From: Candidatus Uhrbacteria bacterium
Lineage (GTDB): Bacteria; Patescibacteriota; Patescibacteriia; UBA9934
NCBI GenBank assembly: GCA_943359345.1
Contig: CALRHE010000001.1
Location: 1,995-65,994 of the forward strand
Length of the DNA: 64,000 nucleotides
Direction of reading: 5' to 3'
Each line of letters starts with the position of its first letter. Within the stretch, counting starts at the first letter, position 1. This document shows positions 9,865 through 20,143 of the stretch, one piece after another. The position numbers and the translations under genes are program-made. The notes under the pieces were generated by a model, which was given only the letters and a program-made list of their open reading frames with translations, was not told the DNA's origin and did not search any database.

Positions 9865-9953
9865 AGACCCTGAATGAATATGAGGGTCTAGAAAACTGGG
9901 AATGGAAGGCCTTAAATAACCGTTGCACTAGACCCTTCGCCTGCGCTCAGGGT
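9865..9953. repeat. Pair of oppositely oriented REP-like palindromes
   Basis: AGACCCTGAATGAATATGAGGGTCT (9865-9889) and AGACCCTTCGCCTGCGCTCAGGGT (9930-9953). Confidence 0.7.
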
Positions 9954-9954
9954 T

Positions 9955-10869
9955 TTATATTTTTAGATACTTGCGCATTGCAAACAAGGTCGTGATCATA
10001 CTTAAGGCCGCTAAGGCCAAAAACTGAGCCCCAAAGATGAGCAGTGCCTTCTCCCAATAATACGTAGTCAAACTTACGTCAACCCCGGTGAAGAAGGAAC
10101 GAATCTGCGGTTCAAGGAATTTTAGGATAAATCCGCAAATGGCAGCCATAATCGTAGTCGCAGCGGCGCTGTAGAAAACCGCCTCTAGCAAAAATGGACC
10201 GCGCACAAACCAATCCTGTGCACCCACCAGCTTCATAACTGCAATCTCGTCCCGATGAACGTAAATAGCCACCCTAATGGTGTTAAACACGATCAGCACT
10301 GAAATCAAGACAAAAAAACCAGCTAATCCCAGGCCTCCCCAACGCACTTGATCGCTAAAGTCTGACAGACGGTCGATCACGGCTTGATGATCAGCAAAGT
10401 TTTTCTCTTTAATATACGGGGCGTACTCTGGGCTGCTGTCTAGGGCCGCCAAAATAAACTCGAAATCTGCGGGGTTATTAGCAGAAATCAGTAACGAATC
10501 CCCGATTGGATTGCCGCCTACCTCTGCAAGGGCTGCCAAGACTTCTGGGTCGTCAGCATGCAGAATTCTAAACGCCTCAAGTGAGTCTGCAGCAGAAATT
10601 ACGGCTACGTCTTTCACCTGTGGCAAGGCGGCCAGATAACCGTGTACCGACTTCTGAATATCTTCACTTGTACCTTGGTTAAAGTAGACTTCAACCTGAA
10701 CTTTGTCTTCAATCGAGTTAATCGTGGCGTCCGCTAAGACGTTCATGACAATCAACATGTTAACCGTAAACAAGGTCAACAATAAAACTGAGGTCGTGAC
10801 AAACGACAACCAAAAATTTCGTAACACACTTTGTCCGGCAAATTTGAGCAGGCGCGCAACAGATCGCAT
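9955..10869 (-). CDS. ftsX: Cell division permease FtsX
   Basis: Four TM helices plus a large extracellular loop; NTIRVAIY...EIAVMKLVGA...RGPFLLE; downstream of ftsE. Confidence 0.95.
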   Translation of the reverse strand: MRSVARLLKFAGQSVLRNFWLSFVTTSVLLLTLFTVNMLIVMNVLADATINSIEDKVQVEVYFNQGTSEDIQKSVHGYLAALPQVKDVAVISAADSLEAFRILHADDPEVLAALAEVGGNPIGDSLLISANNPADFEFILAALDSSPEYAPYIKEKNFADHQAVIDRLSDFSDQVRWGGLGLAGFFVLISVLIVFNTIRVAIYVHRDEIAVMKLVGAQDWFVRGPFLLEAVFYSAAATTIMAAICGFILKFLEPQIRSFFTGVDVSLTTYYWEKALLIFGAQFLALAALSMITTLFAMRKYLKI

Positions 10870-10871
10870 AC

Positions 10872-11555
10872 TTATCCAAGATGATATTTACCGTGCTCGA
10901 CGTCCGACACAATTTTTCCTTGCTGAATCGTAATCACACGACGACGCATAGCGTTAACGATCTCTCGATCATGAGTGACCAATAAGACCGTAGTCCCGAC
11001 ATCATTAATGCGCTTTAGGAGCTCGATAATCTCTCGCGAAGTGATGGCGTCCAGGTTACCCGTTGGCTCATCAGCCAGAATAATCTTAGGCCTATGCACC
11101 AAAGCCCGAGCTATAGCTACACGTTGCTGTTCACCACCTGACAGCTGACGTGGGTAACGATGCATTTTATCTGATAAGCCGACGATCTTCAAAACTTGCG
11201 GGACGACCTCACGAATGCGTGACGTGGCTGCGCCGGCTACCTCAAGCGCAAAAGCTACGTTCTCAAAAGCTGTTTTTTTGGGGAGTAATTTATAATCTTG
11301 AAACACTACCCCAATCTGTCTACGCAAAACCGGGATTTCCGCCCGTCGAATCTTAGAAATGTCCCAGTCCCCCAAATGAATACTCCCCCGGGTTGGGCTT
11401 TCTTCAGCAAATAAAAGCTTGGCGAGCGTGGTCTTACCAGAGCCGCTCGTACCCACAACCGATACAAATTCCCCGGGCCGGATATGAAAACTAACTCCAT
11501 CCAAGGCCTTGGTCTCAGGTTTATAGATTTTTGAGACGTTTTTAAAGGTGATCAC
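10872..11555 (-). CDS. ftsE: Cell division ABC ATPase FtsE
   Basis: GTSGSGKTT, RRQIGVVFQDYKLL, LSGGEQQR, ADEPTGNLD. Confidence 0.95.
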   Translation of the reverse strand: MITFKNVSKIYKPETKALDGVSFHIRPGEFVSVVGTSGSGKTTLAKLLFAEESPTRGSIHLGDWDISKIRRAEIPVLRRQIGVVFQDYKLLPKKTAFENVAFALEVAGAATSRIREVVPQVLKIVGLSDKMHRYPRQLSGGEQQRVAIARALVHRPKIILADEPTGNLDAITSREIIELLKRINDVGTTVLLVTHDREIVNAMRRRVITIQQGKIVSDVEHGKYHLG

Positions 11556-11618
11556 GGATTGAATTATAGCATGGACAGACTAAATCCTGCATGGTATAAA
11601 TTTCCGCGTTATTACCTT

Positions 11619-11693
11619 GCAGGAGTAGTTCAGTGGTAGAACATTTGCTTCCCAAGCAAAGGGTCGCGGGTTCGAATCCCGTCTCCTGCTCCA
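11619..11693 (+). tRNA. tRNA-Gly(CCC)
   Basis: Cloverleaf: GCAGGAG/CTCCTGC acceptor, TTTGC-TT-CCC-AA-GCAAA anticodon arm, TTCGAAT T-loop, encoded CCA. Confidence 0.96.
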
Positions 11694-11696
11694 TGA

Positions 11697-11817
11697 GAAA
11701 ACCCATTTAAACAGCTGACTACGTTGTCGCCGACCTCCGTCGGCCTCACCGTATTGCATATACGCCTCGGCCTTACTCGGTCGGACTCCTAGTAGCCAAC
11801 TGTTTAAATGGGTTTTC
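11697..11817. repeat. MITE-like long hairpin element with 18-bp terminal inverted repeats, copy A
   Basis: GAAAACCCATTTAAACAG / CTGTTTAAATGGGTTTTC. The core CCTCACCGTA..TACGCCTCGG is shared, inverted, with 24271-24396. Confidence 0.75.
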
Positions 11818-11942
11818 GCGAACCGATTCATGAGCCCATGGCCGAACGTAGGGAGGCCAAGGCGAACGACGGATAGACGCAAGTGAGGGTGATCCAAGTT
11901 TATCGAGGACACCCGAACGATAGTCTATCTGGTAGTGAGCAT

Positions 11943-12018
11943 GCCATCTTAGCTCAGTTGGTAGAGCAATACTTTCGTAAAGTAGAGGTCCCGGGTTCGA
12001 ATCCCGGAGATGGCTCCA
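11943..12018 (+). tRNA. tRNA-Thr(CGT)
   Basis: GCCATCT/AGATGGC acceptor, TT-CGT-AA anticodon loop, TTCGAAT T-loop, CCA end. Confidence 0.95.
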
Positions 12019-12047
12019 AAAATACTCCCATACGCGGGAGTATTTTT
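12018..12047. terminator. Intrinsic terminator after the tRNA pair (likely bidirectional)
   Basis: AAAAATACTCCC...GGGAGTATTTTT. Confidence 0.75.
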
Positions 12048-12086
12048 GTTATTCCGCGGCAGCATGAAGCGCTCGCGTTTTAAAGA

Positions 12087-12938
12087 CTACCAAATAAACA
12101 CCCAAGGCTGGTTGTCGGTCATTATCTGACCAACGACTGACCTAAAAGATTTTTTCTTAACTGCAATACCTCGGAAGTGAATGGCGGCTTGCTCCAAAAC
12201 TTCAGACGGGAAATATTCGATCAACGTAACTGACCAATAAGCATCAGACGCGGCCAGAATCTCAGACACTGTACCCACCTCTTCATCAACCAGTTTTACC
12301 GCTGGCTGTAACCAAGAGGCTAGCGTAGCTAGGCTCACGATACCTAAATCACCTCGTGATAAGGCTGAAGGATCTTGAGAAAAATTTTGGGCTACATCCG
12401 CAAACGGCATCCCCTGAGCAACTTTCTTACGCAGTGATTCCATGGCTGTCAGTGCCTGGGCCTGATAAACATCGTTGTCACTGACAGCTGCCTCAGTCCT
12501 CTGCGCTAGTAACAAAGGCTGAAGAATATATTTGCGATAATCTTTTTCTTGCCACTTAGCCAGCTCTAGGCCAGGACCAATGACTTCTAGATCAATCAGC
12601 TGAGCAGCAATTTCCGCCCGCGTCACGTCTACGTCTAGCTCTTCTGCCAGTGCCTCAACGTATAACCTATACACGCTCACGGATACAGCTCGATCAAAGG
12701 CCTCCGAGTTCTTAGTAGCTCCACCAAAGCCTTTCATGCCGTGAGCCAACTCAACCACGCTCCTATACGACAGGCTCTGACCGTTAGCCTGAACTGCCGG
12801 AATCAAAACCAGGCTAGATACAGGTCTAAATATCCCACCCATAGCATGGGTGATAAAGAAAAACTCACAAAAAATCAGATAAGCAACCAAGCTACCCAGC
12901 CCCAAAATGAGCCCCCGTCGCAAACCTAGGGAGGTCAT
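12087..12938 (-). CDS. PrsA/SurA-like parvulin peptidyl-prolyl isomerase, membrane anchored
   Basis: N-terminal TM; FADVAQNFSQDPSALSRGDLG parvulin motif. Confidence 0.8.
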   Translation of the reverse strand: MTSLGLRRGLILGLGSLVAYLIFCEFFFITHAMGGIFRPVSSLVLIPAVQANGQSLSYRSVVELAHGMKGFGGATKNSEAFDRAVSVSVYRLYVEALAEELDVDVTRAEIAAQLIDLEVIGPGLELAKWQEKDYRKYILQPLLLAQRTEAAVSDNDVYQAQALTAMESLRKKVAQGMPFADVAQNFSQDPSALSRGDLGIVSLATLASWLQPAVKLVDEEVGTVSEILAASDAYWSVTLIEYFPSEVLEQAAIHFRGIAVKKKSFRSVVGQIMTDNQPWVFIW

Positions 12939-13330
12939 AAATCACTGATAGCGTCAAAACGAGACTGGTTAAAAAAGTAGTACCACCAACGGGTGGGATT
13001 ACTAATACTCTGATCAGTAGCCAAGCTCTGCGCCTCGCCCATAGAGGCCTCTGCCTCAGGCAGCTCAACAATAATCAACTCTTCACCGGGCTCACCCATG
13101 CCACGTTTAGTCCGAGCCTCAGATTCTAAATAATATTCGCTTGAGAGGTCATTAATTAGCGCCAGCGACTCTAGTTTCTGACCTGCCAAACGCTCGTTCT
13201 CAGCTTGAAGAGCCGCGATATCGCGCTCGATTTCGATGTTTCTCCAGTACTCTCTCCCAAAACCCACAAACAAAAAACCTAGAATCACTAAGTTCACAAC
13301 AACTATCAGTGAAAGCTTGGGCCAAGACAT
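12935..13330 (-). CDS. Septum formation initiator (FtsB/DivIC family)
   Basis: TM, coiled coil and E..AR.K.GM..PGE motif; in the cell-division cluster. Confidence 0.8.
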   Translation of the reverse strand: MSWPKLSLIVVVNLVILGFLFVGFGREYWRNIEIERDIAALQAENERLAGQKLESLALINDLSSEYYLESEARTKRGMGEPGEELIIVELPEAEASMGEAQSLATDQSISNPTRWWYYFFNQSRFDAISDL

Positions 13331-13333
13331 AGA

Positions 13334-14674
13334 CTAGGGCGAAGTGTACCCTATTTTGCTCAAAGCTTTAAGGGCCGCATCTTTGTCATTCCAAGGAATT
13401 TGCCTGCCGCCGGCCACTGTCATAGCTACCTCAGAACCTTTACCTGTAATTACCACCGCGTCACCCGGCTGCGCCATGGCAATCGCCCTATCAATCGCCA
13501 ATTGACGATCTTCCACTACAAATAAATCTTGACCGTCGACCTTACCTGAGGCCCTAGCCCCATCAGCTATCTGCTCCATGATCACAACCGGGTTGTCATC
13601 GTACGGATCCTCGTTAGTCACAATCACAACCGCTTCGTCGGTGGCTGCCAGCTTGCCAAGCTGTGGTCGTTTAACCACGTCCCGTCCCCCGCCCGCAGAT
13701 CCATGCACGCCAATAATCCGCGTTGCTCCGGATGATTTGATCCCTGCCAACAAGGCTTTAAGAGCGTACGGCTCATGGGCGTAATCTATGATGACCGAAA
13801 ATGGTTGACCGGCCGCCAGCTGTTCGTACCTACCTGCCACACCTCGTAAAGTCTCAGCCGCTGCTACCACGTCGGTTAACGAAAAACCTAAGGCCTCAAC
13901 CGTCGCAATCGCTGCCAGTGCATTCAGACGCTGAAACTGGGCTGGCAGATTCAGCCTAGTCGGCACGTCGTTAATAACTGCATTGGTCCCGGCCTCGTCG
14001 CTATTTAGCTCCCGAGCGCGCAGGCACGAATCGCGACTACCCGTTAGGTCCGGCCTAGCGTCAGACCACGTAAAATAAACCTTCCTGTCCGCCGTAAAAC
14101 TTGCAAAATAGCTGGCGTGCTCATCATCGGCGTTAACGATGATCAGTTTGGGGATCTGGCGACCTGAGACTGTTTTTCGTTTACGAGCTGATAAGTGTGC
14201 AAATAAACGACCTTTAGCTTTTTTATAATTTTCAAAACCCCCGTGCGCCTCAATATGCTCGGGCGTCAGGTTAGTAAACACGGCCGCATCATAATTGATG
14301 CCTAAGTGTCGAGACTGCAATATACCTTGTGACGAGGTTTCAACAATCGCGTAAGTGCAACCAGCCTTGACCATGCGTCGCAACAAAGCCTGCAGAGCAA
14401 AGCGTCCCGGCATGGTCATTTTCATGGTGTTGATGATATCCTCCCCGGCAATATTAAAACCAGCTGTCGAAGTGTAGCCAACTTTCTCACCCAGCTCAGT
14501 CAAAAGTTGAGCGATGAAATTCACAGTCGACGATTTCCCGTTTGTACCCGTTACACCAATCACAATCATGTCGTTAGCCGGGGCTCGATACACAGCCACG
14601 GCCAGCTTAGCCAGCACAAAATGATAGACCGTGAGGATTGGCTCGGGAATGTACTTTTTGAGGTAATGGAGCAT
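13334..14674 (-). CDS. murE: UDP-MurNAc-tripeptide synthetase
   Basis: GVTGTNGKSS, VETSS, TNLTPEHIEAH, IDYAHEP, GGRDVVKR, TGKGSE. Confidence 0.92.
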   Translation of the reverse strand: MLHYLKKYIPEPILTVYHFVLAKLAVAVYRAPANDMIVIGVTGTNGKSSTVNFIAQLLTELGEKVGYTSTAGFNIAGEDIINTMKMTMPGRFALQALLRRMVKAGCTYAIVETSSQGILQSRHLGINYDAAVFTNLTPEHIEAHGGFENYKKAKGRLFAHLSARKRKTVSGRQIPKLIIVNADDEHASYFASFTADRKVYFTWSDARPDLTGSRDSCLRARELNSDEAGTNAVINDVPTRLNLPAQFQRLNALAAIATVEALGFSLTDVVAAAETLRGVAGRYEQLAAGQPFSVIIDYAHEPYALKALLAGIKSSGATRIIGVHGSAGGGRDVVKRPQLGKLAATDEAVVIVTNEDPYDDNPVVIMEQIADGARASGKVDGQDLFVVEDRQLAIDRAIAMAQPGDAVVITGKGSEVAMTVAGGRQIPWNDKDAALKALSKIGYTSP

Positions 14675-14695
14675 AAGCGACTGTGATCGGCACCC

Positions 14696-14720
14696 GACCC
14701 TGAGCAGAGGCGAAGGGTCT
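14696..14720. repeat. REP-like palindrome
   Basis: GACCCTGAGCAGAGGCGAAGGGTCT, the reverse-complement form of the 9930 copy. Confidence 0.75.
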
Positions 14721-14792
14721 AGCGGACGGTGAAAAGCCGTGCCGATTGATGGATCCTTCCTTACGTCATGATCTTGGAGCGTCCAGCTCGTT

Positions 14793-16247
14793 TTACAGGT
14801 TTCTCACCTCCTCACGGAACTGTTCACCGCGATCAAACTCGTTCTTGAACATGTTGAAGCTAGCAGCACCCGGCGACAAAATTACGGTATCGCCGGTCTT
14901 GGCGATCGAACGAGCTTTCTGGACCGCCTCCTTCATTGAATCAGCTGTGTGCAAAGTTACTTTGCCAGCAATTTTTTCGCGAATCATGTCAGAGGCCGTG
15001 CCTGGGAACAGGATCACCGCTTTCGAGCTCGCCACCAAAGCCTCAGCCATGGTGTCGTAGGTCAATTTCTTGTCGACACCGCCGCAGATAGTAATCAGAT
15101 GCTCTTTGTCGCCAAAGCGTTTCATAGCAGCCACTACCGCTTCTGGAGCAGTTGCTGCCGTATCGTTGATGAAGCTAATCTCATCGACCTCGCGAATAAG
15201 TTCCTGTCGATCCGGAACGCCCTTGAAGTCTTTAAGCACTTTAGCGATCGCCTCGACTGTCACGCCACGCAACATGGCCGCACACGTAGCCGACAAAATA
15301 TTCTCTAGATTATGCTCACCGCCCAAGGCGACCTCACTCAAAGGTAAGATCGTAAACTCATCGCCATCGCGGCGGAACACGATCTTGTCTGCTTTAATGT
15401 AACAGCCGTTAGCGTCTTGATAGTTTTTTGAAAACCAGAAGAGCTGGCCCTTAACGCGCGGCGCCATGGAGCGCACCAGGTCATGATCTTGATTCAAAAC
15501 CGTGTACTGATCTCTCTGTTGGTACTCAAAAATAATTTCTTTAGACTTCTGATAATCCTCGTAGCTAGCGTAACGGTTCAAGTGATCGGGGAAGACGTTG
15601 GTCAGAACTGAAATCTCTGGTCCATGCTTGAGCTCGCTGAAAGCTCCCGGTAAACTCTCAAGCATCCATGATGACAACTCGAGCACAATCGGTGTTGAGG
15701 CGTTATGCGCTAGGAGATCATCAAGAAATTCCAGTGGCGAGACTCGGACATTACCTGCCGTAATCGCTTTGTCGTCGAGGCCCTTCAGCATTTCGCCAAG
15801 CAGTAAAGTTGTTGTTGTCTTGCCCTTAGTGCCCGTGACTGCACAAACTGGAAAATGGAAATAACGGAAAAACAAACTTACGTCAGACTCGATGTGAACA
15901 CCCTTGGCTTTGGCGGCTTGGATATACTCGGACTCACTCGGGACGCCTGGATTTTGGACCACCACATCCACGTTCTCAAAATCCTCTTTGCGATGCTCAC
16001 CTAGAACAAAAACCGGCTGGTAGATCGTCCGATCTGGATACATTTGACGATATTTTTCGTACCACTCCATCACCAAGTCAACCGAATCCTTGAGCTCAGT
16101 CGTGTCTTTCAGGTCCGTAATCACAGTTTGAGCCCCGTGGCGCATAAGCCACTTGGCGGTCCCAAGACCGCTGCCCTGTTTATAGATCCCCAAACCCATG
16201 ACCGTGACGACCGCATCTTTAAAGTTTTCGATTCGGGACAAATCCAT
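14793..16247 (-). CDS. murD: UDP-MurNAc-L-Ala--D-Glu ligase
   Basis: NPGVP, VTGTKGKTTT, LELSS, PDHLNRY, INDTAAT, LSPGAASF..F...RG..F. Confidence 0.95.
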   Translation of the reverse strand: MDLSRIENFKDAVVTVMGLGIYKQGSGLGTAKWLMRHGAQTVITDLKDTTELKDSVDLVMEWYEKYRQMYPDRTIYQPVFVLGEHRKEDFENVDVVVQNPGVPSESEYIQAAKAKGVHIESDVSLFFRYFHFPVCAVTGTKGKTTTTLLLGEMLKGLDDKAITAGNVRVSPLEFLDDLLAHNASTPIVLELSSWMLESLPGAFSELKHGPEISVLTNVFPDHLNRYASYEDYQKSKEIIFEYQQRDQYTVLNQDHDLVRSMAPRVKGQLFWFSKNYQDANGCYIKADKIVFRRDGDEFTILPLSEVALGGEHNLENILSATCAAMLRGVTVEAIAKVLKDFKGVPDRQELIREVDEISFINDTAATAPEAVVAAMKRFGDKEHLITICGGVDKKLTYDTMAEALVASSKAVILFPGTASDMIREKIAGKVTLHTADSMKEAVQKARSIAKTGDTVILSPGAASFNMFKNEFDRGEQFREEVRNL

Positions 16248-16295
16248 ATAACCCTAATAACTATTTTCGAATAGCTGCAGCCATTCCTTGCCTAG

Positions 16296-18902
16296 CTATG
16301 ATACCAGCACCTGCTTAGGCTTGCGAACGTCAAATAAGAACCAGGCTTTCCCGAGCTCGATCAAGATTATCTTGGCTAAAGTAATACCCGCCACGATGCC
16401 AATATCAAGGGGCCGTAAGCTAACAAAACCAAACAGCTCTTGGAGCTGCGGCATTACAAGCGGCGCAGCCAGCAAAACCAATCCCAAGGCTACGGCCAGC
16501 AACAATTGGGGATTTTTAAACGGCGGTAATTTCCAGAATGGGCGTCGCAAAGTGCGGAGTGGATAGATCGCCAATAACGAGTCTAGTCCAAGCGCCAAGA
16601 ACAGGATTGAACGTAAAAACTCGAGACTATAGCCCGCTTGATGCAACGGCACGTAAAGCAAGAGCAAGCCGAGAACAGCTATGCCGCCCGTAAAAATCAT
16701 CAAACGTCGCATGCCGTCCGTCACTATCTGCTCGTGCCGAGAACGTGGGGCCTCTTTCATAATGTCACGTTCACCGGGCTCGAAAGCCAGTGCTACGCTC
16801 GGTAAGCCGTCAGTCACCAGGTTGATCCACAAAATATGGAGCGGCGCAAATGGAACTGGTAAACCAAGCGCAAGTATGCCTGCAATCAAGGCTACCTCGC
16901 TCAACGAAAACGTCAGCAGATAAGCTACTACTTTGCGAATATTATCAAAGATAATCCGACCCTCACGAATAGCCGCCACAATCGAGCTCACATCGTTATC
17001 TAGAATCACCATGTCCGAGGTTTCTTTAGCAACCTCTGTACCGCTGCCCACGGCCACGCCGATATCCGCAGCTCTGAGCGCCGGCGCGTCGTTAACTCCG
17101 TCGCCAGTCATGGCTACTGAGTAACCAAGAGTTTGTAATGACTTGACGATGCGTAATTTGTGTTCAGGCAGCACACGCGCAAAAACAGACACGCGGCGCA
17201 AACGATCCAGGAACTGTTGCTCTTTCATAGCTTCGAGCTCACTCCCAAGCACAATGTTCTCGGGCTGCGTTGGCAAACCAAGCTCACGAGCAATGGCCGC
17301 AGCCGTGACGGGATGATCGCCGGTAATCATGACCACGCGCACACCAGCTTGGGTGGCCTGATCAACTGTCTCGCGGGCGTGCTCGCGCAGCGGATCACGC
17401 AAACCAACCAGGCCCACAGGCTTAAGGTCACCCAGTGTCTGAAGTGTAAAATTTCCAGATCCAGAAATAATTTTCTCAGCTAGTAAAATAACTCGTAAAC
17501 CCCGTCCCGTCATGTCCTCAAGTAAAGCTCTGTAAGCACGCTGCTGTTGGTCATCAAGGTCACACTTAACCAATAACACGTCGGGCGCGCCCATAACAAG
17601 CGCTCGCTCACGCCCACTCTCGCGAATTAGTTTAGCTGAATATTTTTTCTTGGAATCAAAGGGCAACTCGTCAATAACCTCTACTTGGCGTTCAAGCCTA
17701 TCCAGATATTCTAGCAAATATCGCATTATGGCCGTGTCAGTCAAAGAACCAGTTACAACTACTTGCCCTGAGCCGTCATCAACCTGCGCGGCGTTCACGG
17801 CGTACAAAGCCCGCAGCAAAGCTCGAGTCTTATCATTCGATCTGTCAGCCTCAACCAGCAGGGTTTCAGCTCGTAGCTCGGCCACAGTCATCTCGCCTGT
17901 AGTCAGGGTGCCGGTTTTATCGACGCACAAAATATTTACGCTACCAAGCGTCTCGGCAGCCACCAGACGGTGTACCAAGGCCCTACGCTTCAGCATATGC
18001 CGCATACCCACAGACAAAATCACAGTTACACTAATCAGCAAGCCTTCAGGTACGGCGGCTACCGCGAGCGCCGCCGAGGTCGAAAGCATATCCACAAATT
18101 CAATCCCCCGAGCTGCGCCCAGTAAAAAAATAAACGCCGAAGCTCCCAGCATGACCCAGACAAGTGAACGAGATAAGCGTAGTAGCTCGCGCTGGAGTGG
18201 CGTGGGCTGATTGGCAGTACCGACTACCATGGCGGTGACCTTACCAAATTCGGTCTGCTGCCCGGTCCCAATTACAACGGCTTCAGCCTTGCCCGAGACC
18301 ACTGTAGACCCCGCAAACACCATCGATAGCCGATCAGCCACACTCGCGTCTGACGACACCGGCTCAATCAACTTTGCCACTTCGTTCGACTCACCTGTAA
18401 GCGCTGACTCGTTGGTCGCAAAATCAAAGACTGACAATAACCGGGCGTCAGCCGTAATTTTGGCACCAGCTGCTAACAGCAATATATCTCCAGGCACAAT
18501 GTCTTCGGCAGCCAGACTTAGAGTCTTGCCGTCACGGCGCACATTAGCAAGCGACGGAAGAAAAGTTTTCAAAGCGTGTAAGGCTCGATCAGCCCGATAC
18601 TCCTGCACGAAGCCCATCAGTACGTTCACAGCTATGACCACGATCGTAAGCAACGAATCAGTCACCTTGCCAAGTATCAAACTCAAGGTCAAGGCAATCA
18701 TCAGCACCAGCATGAGTGGACTCCCAATCTGACGTACCAAAATACTCAGGGCTGAGGTAGGCTTCTCAACCTTGGGTTGATTACGCCCGTGTTCGTTAAG
18801 CCGACGCCTAGCCTCGTCGACCTTCAAGCCGTCTTTCGAGCTCCCCAACGCTAAAAGTACGTCTGGTGACGGCATGTGATGCCACGGCAATAGTTCCTGC
18901 AT
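16296..18902 (-). CDS. Cation-transporting P-type ATPase (P2A, Ca2+-type)
   Basis: LTGES, VPEGL, DKTGTLT, TGDH, GDGVNDAPAL, WINLVTDG. Confidence 0.93.
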   Translation of the reverse strand: MQELLPWHHMPSPDVLLALGSSKDGLKVDEARRRLNEHGRNQPKVEKPTSALSILVRQIGSPLMLVLMIALTLSLILGKVTDSLLTIVVIAVNVLMGFVQEYRADRALHALKTFLPSLANVRRDGKTLSLAAEDIVPGDILLLAAGAKITADARLLSVFDFATNESALTGESNEVAKLIEPVSSDASVADRLSMVFAGSTVVSGKAEAVVIGTGQQTEFGKVTAMVVGTANQPTPLQRELLRLSRSLVWVMLGASAFIFLLGAARGIEFVDMLSTSAALAVAAVPEGLLISVTVILSVGMRHMLKRRALVHRLVAAETLGSVNILCVDKTGTLTTGEMTVAELRAETLLVEADRSNDKTRALLRALYAVNAAQVDDGSGQVVVTGSLTDTAIMRYLLEYLDRLERQVEVIDELPFDSKKKYSAKLIRESGRERALVMGAPDVLLVKCDLDDQQQRAYRALLEDMTGRGLRVILLAEKIISGSGNFTLQTLGDLKPVGLVGLRDPLREHARETVDQATQAGVRVVMITGDHPVTAAAIARELGLPTQPENIVLGSELEAMKEQQFLDRLRRVSVFARVLPEHKLRIVKSLQTLGYSVAMTGDGVNDAPALRAADIGVAVGSGTEVAKETSDMVILDNDVSSIVAAIREGRIIFDNIRKVVAYLLTFSLSEVALIAGILALGLPVPFAPLHILWINLVTDGLPSVALAFEPGERDIMKEAPRSRHEQIVTDGMRRLMIFTGGIAVLGLLLLYVPLHQAGYSLEFLRSILFLALGLDSLLAIYPLRTLRRPFWKLPPFKNPQLLLAVALGLVLLAAPLVMPQLQELFGFVSLRPLDIGIVAGITLAKIILIELGKAWFLFDVRKPKQVLVS

Positions 18903-18970
18903 ACTGGCACCATTTTACCATCCTGAGGAGCTTCAAAAAGAAAATCCCCAACTGAAGTTGGAGATTTTCT

Positions 18971-19045
18971 TGGTGCGCCGGGCGGGGATCGAACCCGCGA
19001 CCACGAGCTTAAAAGGCTCTTGCTCTACCGCTGAGCTACCAGCGC
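18971..19045 (-). tRNA. tRNA-Lys(TTT)
   Basis: Reverse complement: GCGCTGG-TA-GCTC...AGAGC-CT-TTT-AA-GCTCG...TTCGATC...CCGGCGC-A-CCA. Confidence 0.95.
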
Positions 19046-19110
19046 GAAGGAAAACATAGCGACAAAATAATATCAGAAATCAACGGTTTTGTGAAGGGGT
19101 AGCCCGACTT

Positions 19111-19449
19111 TTATACAAGTTTGACGCCAATTGCAACGACTCCGTACTTGTCTTCTTCCTGTTTAGTGTAATACTCGTGGACCCGTTTAAGATACTCCTG
19201 CTGCGTGGTCCCGAGCACGACTTCATGACAAGCAGCGTACAGTTCTGAAAAATTCTTGTAGGTGTCCAGGCTGACGATCTCCACGATCAGGCTGGTTTCG
19301 AGCTCTGGCAGCTTAGCGAACTCAATACGCTCCCCGACCCGTAGGGCCTTACGTTTTTCATCGTTCAGACGAGACTCAATTGTCTTGTGACCACTTTTTA
19401 GCTGCTCAAAATTCTCAGGCGTTAACTTCATGCGGTGACGGATGGGCAT
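19111..19449 (-). CDS. ASCH domain protein
   Basis: HRMKL...F..LKSG.KTIE.RLNDEKR..L.VG..I.F motif. Start trimmed to ATG 19449. Confidence 0.85.
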   Translation of the reverse strand: MPIRHRMKLTPENFEQLKSGHKTIESRLNDEKRKALRVGERIEFAKLPELETSLIVEIVSLDTYKNFSELYAACHEVVLGTTQQEYLKRVHEYYTKQEEDKYGVVAIGVKLV

Positions 19450-19504
19450 AGAAAAATATAATTTTTTAACAATGGCGGATTTTGGGCGATCGCCTAAATT
19501 CTGC

Positions 19505-20140
19505 CTATTTACAAATCTGCTTAAACGCATCATCTTCAACCACAAAGTACCCCATCTGGCCCGCATCAAGCAACCAACTATCGACCACGAACTCATACCC
19601 GGTCGAGGTCATCCCGTATGACAATATCTTACCGGTCTCAGCGTTAATCACGGCTGAGCCTTGGCAATTATCACCACAACCCCATATCGACATTACATAT
19701 TTACCCGCAAAGTTTACGCCCGTAGCTACATCCTTAGTAATCGCCGTTCGATAGTGCCTAGCGGCTTGGTTAGTTGAAAAGTCGACCTTGGCTCGACCGT
19801 TAAAAGACTGGTCGGTGTGATAATCATCAAAACTTGGCGTCGGACTACATGACCCGACTGGTTGTGACTCGTCGGCCGCGGCCTCTGCGACCGCAATCAT
19901 GGCGACCTTGCCTGTATATGCAATAAACCCATCTTCAGCTGCGCTATATGCCAGTTTATTGCCGTCAGTCAGGTAACACAAAAGCTCAGCACTTCTATAC
20001 AGCCATTCCCCACCCAGCTCTGAACACCGTTCTGCCAGCGAGCGTGAGCCGTGCTGAGATTGATCTGCCAGCACAAACCCAGCCAGCCAGCACACAAACC
20101 CCAAACCAATAACACCCGTAACAATTTGTGTCTGGGTCAT
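19505..20140 (-). CDS. Hypothetical secreted/anchored protein with paired cysteines
   Basis: N-terminal TM, C..LGG.W...ELLC segment and C-terminal NFAGKY....WGCG..C motif. Confidence 0.7.
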   Translation of the reverse strand: MTQTQIVTGVIGLGFVCWLAGFVLADQSQHGSRSLAERCSELGGEWLYRSAELLCYLTDGNKLAYSAAEDGFIAYTGKVAMIAVAEAAADESQPVGSCSPTPSFDDYHTDQSFNGRAKVDFSTNQAARHYRTAITKDVATGVNFAGKYVMSIWGCGDNCQGSAVINAETGKILSYGMTSTGYEFVVDSWLLDAGQMGYFVVEDDAFKQICK

Positions 20141-20143
20141 AAT

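Noticed and set aside
11580-12083. ORFs 11580-11912 (-) and 11883-12083 (+)
   Set aside because: They overlap tRNA genes and hairpin elements; spurious.
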